Below, in pieces: positions 15,219 through 20,000 of a stretch of DNA of 20,000 nucleotides (position 1 is its first letter; every line of letters begins with the position of its first letter). The translations under genes and the position numbers were made by a program. The stretch is from an uncultured virus (IMG/VR IMGVR_UViG_3300025769_000004) (Duplodnaviria > Heunggongvirae > Uroviricota > Caudoviricetes > Crassvirales): IMG/VR virus record IMGVR_UViG_3300025769_000004; one strand, written 5' to 3'. Below the pieces are notes generated by a model. It worked only from the letters and a program-made list of their open reading frames with translations, was not told the DNA's origin and made no database searches.

Positions 15219-16685
15219 ATGGCAAATGAAAAAATAAGTGCATTTAGCACTATATCAACTATACCAGGCGGACCTATACAAATAAAAGAGGTAGAAGGTA
15301 TTGCAGCGTACTGTGATGATCCTAATAATCCGGGTACTAAAGTAAATGTTTCTTTCTCAGGTTCTGATATCGAAGACCTGTATTTACAAGATTTAAACTC
15401 AGTACTAAATCAAGGAAATGAAAGTCCTAATGGTGGCGAAATAAAAATGTTAGACGCTGGCGGATTTAATCCTTTAACTTTCAGCCAAACAGGTTTAGCA
15501 GCTTCTCCTTCTTCAAACATAGCTTTTACAGGTAGTGGCTTTATAACTATGGTCGCTAGTGGTAATGCGGGAGGTATTAGTTTAAGCACAGGTTTTAACA
15601 CTGGATCAGCTAATGTTATTGTTACAGCTGGTGCAACAGGTGGAAGATTAGAATTAAGATCTGAAGGACTTTTAAGATTTAATTTTGAATCACCTACAGC
15701 TAATCAAGTGTTACAAACTATTAACACTTCTGGTGATATGGAGTGGGTTGATCTTCCTTCAGGAGCAGCATCAGGCCTTGGAGATGTTTTAACTACTGAC
15801 AACGAAAGCGATGATGGTCAAATATTAGCAATGATAGATGGCGCTGAACGATTAGAAGTTTCAAAAGATATAATAAGACACACAGGCGTTTCAGGTGATT
15901 TTGATATTATAAATGCAAACGGAACGTTAAGACTTTCTGCTAATGGTGGTTTGGGCTTAATACTAAATTCATCTAATACTATAAAAGTACTTGACGATGT
16001 TGAATTTGATGTTAACGGAATTATAGATAGATTAGGAAATTTAGGTACTGGAGGACAAGCATTACTTAGTACCGGAAGTGCTCTAGAGTGGACAACTTAC
16101 GGTCTTGAACAAGTGTTACAAACTAGTAGCGCTGCTGGAACTGGTCAATCAATAACATTTACAGATGGAACTAATATAAATGTATTAAGTGTAACAGGTT
16201 TTGACTCAGCTTCAACGGCTACTTTAGAAGTGAAAAGCAGTGGAGCAAACGTTGAGGTAAATTCTGTAAACAATGACGTAATACTAAAAGGTGGTGGTGA
16301 TCTTGTTTTAGAAAATACAGGACTAGGCACTCCAGTCTCTGGTGATTACTTAGTAGCTGACGGAGTAACTGGAAAAGCTAAATGGCAAACAGATCCAAAA
16401 GCTTTTGTTACATTAACTGGATCTCCAACTTGGGTTATAAGAAATGGGTACAACGCAACTTGGAATATAGCCGCTGGATCAGAAACACTCAGCATAACTG
16501 CTGATGATGGAGACTCTGGAACATTAATTGTGATAAACAATGGTGGTGAAATTACTTGGCCGGCAAACTCTAATTGGCCTGACGCTACAGAACCTACATT
16601 AACAGCCACAGGTACAGATGTATTTAGCTTTATTTATGATGGAACTAATTATTACTGGAGCTTTGGTCAAAACTTTGGCGCGTAA
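15219..16685 (+). CDS. putative fibre protein (488 aa)
   Basis: MANEKIS N-terminus; three modules opening with LxxVL and closing with (Q/D)xL...G...W; C-terminal ITWP..WP..PTLT..DVFSFIYDGTNYY fibre-type domain. Confidence 0.75.
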   Translation: MANEKISAFSTISTIPGGPIQIKEVEGIAAYCDDPNNPGTKVNVSFSGSDIEDLYLQDLNSVLNQGNESPNGGEIKMLDAGGFNPLTFSQTGLAASPSSNIAFTGSGFITMVASGNAGGISLSTGFNTGSANVIVTAGATGGRLELRSEGLLRFNFESPTANQVLQTINTSGDMEWVDLPSGAASGLGDVLTTDNESDDGQILAMIDGAERLEVSKDIIRHTGVSGDFDIINANGTLRLSANGGLGLILNSSNTIKVLDDVEFDVNGIIDRLGNLGTGGQALLSTGSALEWTTYGLEQVLQTSSAAGTGQSITFTDGTNINVLSVTGFDSASTATLEVKSSGANVEVNSVNNDVILKGGGDLVLENTGLGTPVSGDYLVADGVTGKAKWQTDPKAFVTLTGSPTWVIRNGYNATWNIAAGSETLSITADDGDSGTLIVINNGGEITWPANSNWPDATEPTLTATGTDVFSFIYDGTNYYWSFGQNFGA

Positions 16686-17365
16686 TGAGTAGTCGTAAAC
16701 AAACAATGTTTAGAGCTATGCTACCTAACGGTGGTGGAGCTGGTCCATTACCACCTCAAGGTCTTTCACTAGATATATTTACTTCAGGGACGAACTCTAC
16801 AGACACATCATCCACTACTGTTAGTAATTATAATCAATACTTTAGATATAGCTGTATGCACATGTTTATAAGTGATACAGAACTAAATGCTGCTAACTCA
16901 GGTTCAAAAACTTTAACAGGAATACAAGTTGAGGGAGCCTCAAGCACAAATACTGACTCTTGTCCCGATATGAGAATATATGTAGCTCATACTAATGAAG
17001 TTTTTTTAAGCACATTAATGGAAACTGATATATCTCAATCCTCTAGCTTTAGTTACTTTGATAGAGCACAAGTGTATGACGGTTCAGAGTTTTTAGATTC
17101 AGGATGGAACACTATAGATTTTGATACCAACTTCGTGTATGATGGGACAAGTAATGTTGTTATAACAATGGAGAAAAGATATGGATTTTACGATGTGGGC
17201 TCTAGCAGATGGAAGGCATTGTATGGGTCAAGATTTAATTCTTTTAGATCAGCGGTCTATAATTCAGATTCTACAGCTAGTTCAAACTTTCCACAAAGCT
17301 CTTCAGCAATGACAACTTTAGGTGGGAATACACAAAATACTATAAATTTAAAAATCAACTATTAA
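16685..17365 (+). CDS. putative fibre tip / adhesin-like protein (226 aa)
   Basis: TAATG-coupled to the fibre gene; YFRYS...TEL...LTGI...IYVAHT...GWNTIDFDTNFVYDGTSNVVI beta-rich domain. Confidence 0.6.
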   Translation: MSSRKQTMFRAMLPNGGGAGPLPPQGLSLDIFTSGTNSTDTSSTTVSNYNQYFRYSCMHMFISDTELNAANSGSKTLTGIQVEGASSTNTDSCPDMRIYVAHTNEVFLSTLMETDISQSSSFSYFDRAQVYDGSEFLDSGWNTIDFDTNFVYDGTSNVVITMEKRYGFYDVGSSRWKALYGSRFNSFRSAVYNSDSTASSNFPQSSSAMTTLGGNTQNTINLKINY

Positions 17366-17610
17366 TGACTTTAACAGAAGAAATAGAAGGAACTGGAGCT
17401 ACTGTTGTATATATGGACGATACTGATCTTAAAATCTCGTCGGTTATAACAACAACTAGTTACACTAATTTCCATGCTTGTTTAGGTATAATGGAAAATT
17501 ACGCAGCAGACAACAGCTATTCTAATACTTTAGATGTTTCGTTTGCTTCTAATAGTTTCAAACCAACAATATTTAAACAAGAAAACGAAGACGGAACTCC
17601 CGTTAGATAA
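17365..17610 (+). CDS. hypothetical protein (81 aa)
   Basis: ORF track; TAATG overlap. Confidence 0.75.
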   Translation: MTLTEEIEGTGATVVYMDDTDLKISSVITTTSYTNFHACLGIMENYAADNSYSNTLDVSFASNSFKPTIFKQENEDGTPVR

Positions 17611-17639
17611 AACAAAAACAAACAATTAAATTTAATAAA

Positions 17640-17891
17640 ATGAATAAAATATCAGAAGAACATTTAAAAAAAGTTCAAGATCAGCAAAAAGAATTAAACG
17701 AAACAATAAATCAAATAGGATATTTAGAAAGTCAAAAGCATGCTTATCTGCATAAAATGGCTGAGACTAATCAAGCTATAAATGAATTCAAAGATCAACT
17801 TGAGGAAGAGTATGGTCAAGTTAATATTAATGTTGAGACAGGAGAATATACTAAATTAGAAGTTAAAGAACCTGAGTTAACAGCAGTATAA
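17640..17891 (+). CDS. small coiled-coil protein (83 aa)
   Basis: Helical Q/E/K-rich region followed by YGQVNINVETGEY. Confidence 0.8.
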   Translation: MNKISEEHLKKVQDQQKELNETINQIGYLESQKHAYLHKMAETNQAINEFKDQLEEEYGQVNINVETGEYTKLEVKEPELTAV

Positions 17892-18118
17892 TGAATAACG
17901 TTATTAGAAAAATTAGCATTGGTTCTGATTATAAAAACGAAGCGATGCATTATTCTGTAGGACAGCAAGTATATGGAGGACATACTATATCTAATATATT
18001 ATATAGACAAAACGATAACTCTTATAATATATTCATTACTAAAAAGGATGAAGAAATGCCGTGGAAAAAATTTAATTCTAATATGGCTATTTCTGTTGAG
18101 TATGATTTAGAATACTAA
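17891..18118 (+). CDS. hypothetical protein (75 aa)
   Basis: ORF track; TAATG overlaps at both ends. Confidence 0.85.
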   Translation: MNNVIRKISIGSDYKNEAMHYSVGQQVYGGHTISNILYRQNDNSYNIFITKKDEEMPWKKFNSNMAISVEYDLEY

Positions 18119-18723
18119 TGAAGTCTTTATATAAGTTTATTATATCTCCTTTAAATGAAAGATATGATAATACTATAAAAGTGGAGGGAGTTGATTTAAT
18201 AACAAATACTAGCGTTGAAGATTACCAATCAGTTAGTAAAAAAGCTATTGTTATAGAAACTCCTTCAGCTTTTGAAACGAAGATTAAGAAGGGAGATCAT
18301 GTTATTGTTCATCATAATATATTTAGAAGATATTATGATATGAAGAACAGGGAGAAAAACAGTGGATCATACTTCGCTGAAGATAAATATTTCTGTACTA
18401 ATGAACAAATATATTTAATTAAAAGAGAAGATACCTACGAGACTAATTTAAACTACTGCTTTGTTAAGCCTGTTTTAAACACTGATGTTTTAAGCATTAA
18501 TAAAGAATTACCATTAAGAGGTATTGTAAAATATTCTAATAAATATCTATCAAATAAAAATATAATAAAAGATACATTAATAAGTTTTAATCCAAATAGT
18601 GAATTTGAATTTATACTTGATGAGGAAAAATTATATTGTATGAAATCTAATAATATCGTATTAACTCATGAATACCAAGGAAACGAAATTGCAAATAATC
18701 CAAGCTGGACAAAAAGCCGTTGA
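18118..18723 (+). CDS. protein with two tandem GroES-like domains (201 aa)
   Basis: Domain 1: MKSLYKFIISP...AIVIETP...IKKGDHVIV. Domain 2: NYCFVKPV...RGIVKY...FEFILDEEKLYCMKSNNIV. Confidence 0.65.
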   Translation: MKSLYKFIISPLNERYDNTIKVEGVDLITNTSVEDYQSVSKKAIVIETPSAFETKIKKGDHVIVHHNIFRRYYDMKNREKNSGSYFAEDKYFCTNEQIYLIKREDTYETNLNYCFVKPVLNTDVLSINKELPLRGIVKYSNKYLSNKNIIKDTLISFNPNSEFEFILDEEKLYCMKSNNIVLTHEYQGNEIANNPSWTKSR

Positions 18724-18946
18724 GGAATTAATAAAGGTGGCAAAAGAAAAGATCGTAGACTCAGACGACGATGTAAGCGCTGACAGACTTAAAAATGCTG
18801 CCGCTACTAAAAAATTAGCTATCTTCGACGCTTTTGAAATATTAAATAGAATACAAGAAGAAGAAGAAATGCTAAGCGATAAACCTAAAGAAGTTAACAA
18901 ACAAGAAAAGACTTTTAAAGGATTTGCAGAGGGGAGGAGCAAATGA
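18668..18946 (+). CDS. terS: putative terminase small subunit (92 aa)
   Basis: Helical protein just upstream of TerL; positional call only. Confidence 0.5.
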   Translation: MNTKETKLQIIQAGQKAVEELIKVAKEKIVDSDDDVSADRLKNAAATKKLAIFDAFEILNRIQEEEEMLSDKPKEVNKQEKTFKGFAEGRSK

Positions 18947-19239
18947 AGTTTATTTGTTCAGGTTGTGGAGGATGCTGTGTAAGCGCTGGAAGATTAGAAG
19001 GAGCTAAATATGGTTTACCAATAAAAGAAGATGGGTCTTGTGCTAATCTAGTAGGGTCTAAGTGTTCTATATACGAAGATAGGCCAGATATTTGTAGAGT
19101 AGATAAAATGATGTTTAATTATGAAAATCTAAGTAGAAAAGATTATTACAAGAAAGCTAATAAAAATTGTAATTATTTAATAGATGAATTAGGTATTGAT
19201 CCAAAGTACAAAATTAATTTAGACGATTATGACGTATAA
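18943..19239 (+). CDS. YkgJ-family cysteine cluster (CxxCxxCC) protein
   Basis: FICSGCGGCC...CANL...CSIYEDRPDICR. Confidence 0.88.
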   Translation: MKFICSGCGGCCVSAGRLEGAKYGLPIKEDGSCANLVGSKCSIYEDRPDICRVDKMMFNYENLSRKDYYKKANKNCNYLIDELGIDPKYKINLDDYDV

Positions 19240-20000
19240 TCAAAGTCTTTGGAAAGAAGTTAAGGATATTGTTAATCCTAAAATATTATCTAAACAAAAT
19301 AGGTATAAAAAATGGGATTATGGCTATAACTCAGAATACGATTTTATAGTAATTAGTAAAACTGGACAAATTGGACAGATCATTGAGATTCAAAACCTCC
19401 GTATTGCATTACCAGCAGAACATGAACCGTTTAAACGAAGCGAAAATCAAGCGGAACAATACTGGGAAAAAAAAGAGTATCCAAAAGAACTAGCTAGAAT
19501 CAAAAGCAGATTTGATTGGGAAGAATATCCTACGGATTTTAAAGAAAAATGGTTTGATTATATAGATGAAGAATTTAAGAGAAGAGAAGAAGGTTACTGG
19601 TTTTATAATAATGGTGTTCCTACTTATATTACAGGCACTCATTATATGTACCTGCAGTGGTCAAAAATCGATGTTGGCTCAGCCGACTATAGAGAAGCAA
19701 ACAGATTATTTTTTATATTCTGGCAGGCTTGCAAAGCTGACGATAGATGCTACGGAATGTGTTATCTTAAAAACAGACGATCAGGATTTTCGTTTATGTC
19801 GTCCGCTGAACTTGTCAACCAAGCCACAATATCTTCAGACGCTAGATTCGGTATCCTTTCAAAATCTGGAGCAGATGCTAAAAAAATGTTCACAGATAAA
19901 GTTGTCCCGATATCCGTTAACTATCCGTTTTTCTTCAAGCCGATCCAGGATGGTATGGATCGTCCTAAGACCGAACTGGCATATAGAGTCCCAGCTTCAA
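19229..20000 (+). CDS. terL: terminase large subunit, N-terminal part (runs off window)
   Basis: Open frame MTYNQSLWKEVKD... to the edge; YITGTHYMYLQW and variant Walker A GMCYLKNRRSGFSFM. Confidence 0.85.
   Translation, partial: MTYNQSLWKEVKDIVNPKILSKQNRYKKWDYGYNSEYDFIVISKTGQIGQIIEIQNLRIALPAEHEPFKRSENQAEQYWEKKEYPKELARIKSRFDWEEYPTDFKEKWFDYIDEEFKRREEGYWFYNNGVPTYITGTHYMYLQWSKIDVGSADYREANRLFFIFWQACKADDRCYGMCYLKNRRSGFSFMSSAELVNQATISSDARFGILSKSGADAKKMFTDKVVPISVNYPFFFKPIQDGMDRPKTELAYRVPAS

Noticed and set aside
5973..18942. Minus-strand ORFs at 5973, 8071, 8383, 9903, 10583, 11306, 12425, 13745, 13989, 15410, 16145, 16346 and 18661
   Set aside because: All lie antisense to well-supported, tightly tiled plus-strand genes and show shadow-frame composition.
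1..20000. Stop-codon reassignment as in some crAss-like phages
   Set aside because: Genes tile densely under the standard code; TAG and TGA end genes immediately before the next start.
1..20000. tRNA/rRNA genes, IS elements, DGR or retron components
   Set aside because: No cloverleaf, transposase, reverse transcriptase or adenine-variable repeat pair was seen by eye; a computational scan was not possible.

Overview
AT-rich segment of a tailed dsDNA bacteriophage genome, most likely infecting Bacteroidota/Flavobacteriia. The host is inferred from the lack of Shine-Dalgarno sites, A-rich AAC/AAA-ATG start contexts, a lipoprotein, a Bacteroidetes-type surface domain and an LKxRRxGFS-type terminase. 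Bases 1-3204 are a leftward cluster of tiny early-type genes. They are driven by five copies of an exactly spaced 34-bp motif (ACAAWS-TAAATAC-N11-GATAATATAA) and built partly from a triplicated [membrane peptide - motif - paralogous gene] module. Two 55-bp imperfect palindromes lie exactly 1001 bp apart across the strand switch. From 3544 onward all genes run rightward: large virion-type proteins, groEL-groES, a winged-helix protein, lysis genes (holin-like, amidase, 3TM holin), a cluster of small basic Cys-rich peptides, a probable head-spike/fibre module, a tandem double-GroES protein, probable TerS, a YkgJ-type Cys-cluster protein and the start of TerL. Many real genes under 60 aa are missing from the supplied ORF track and were translated by hand. 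All family calls come from recalled motifs, not from database searches.
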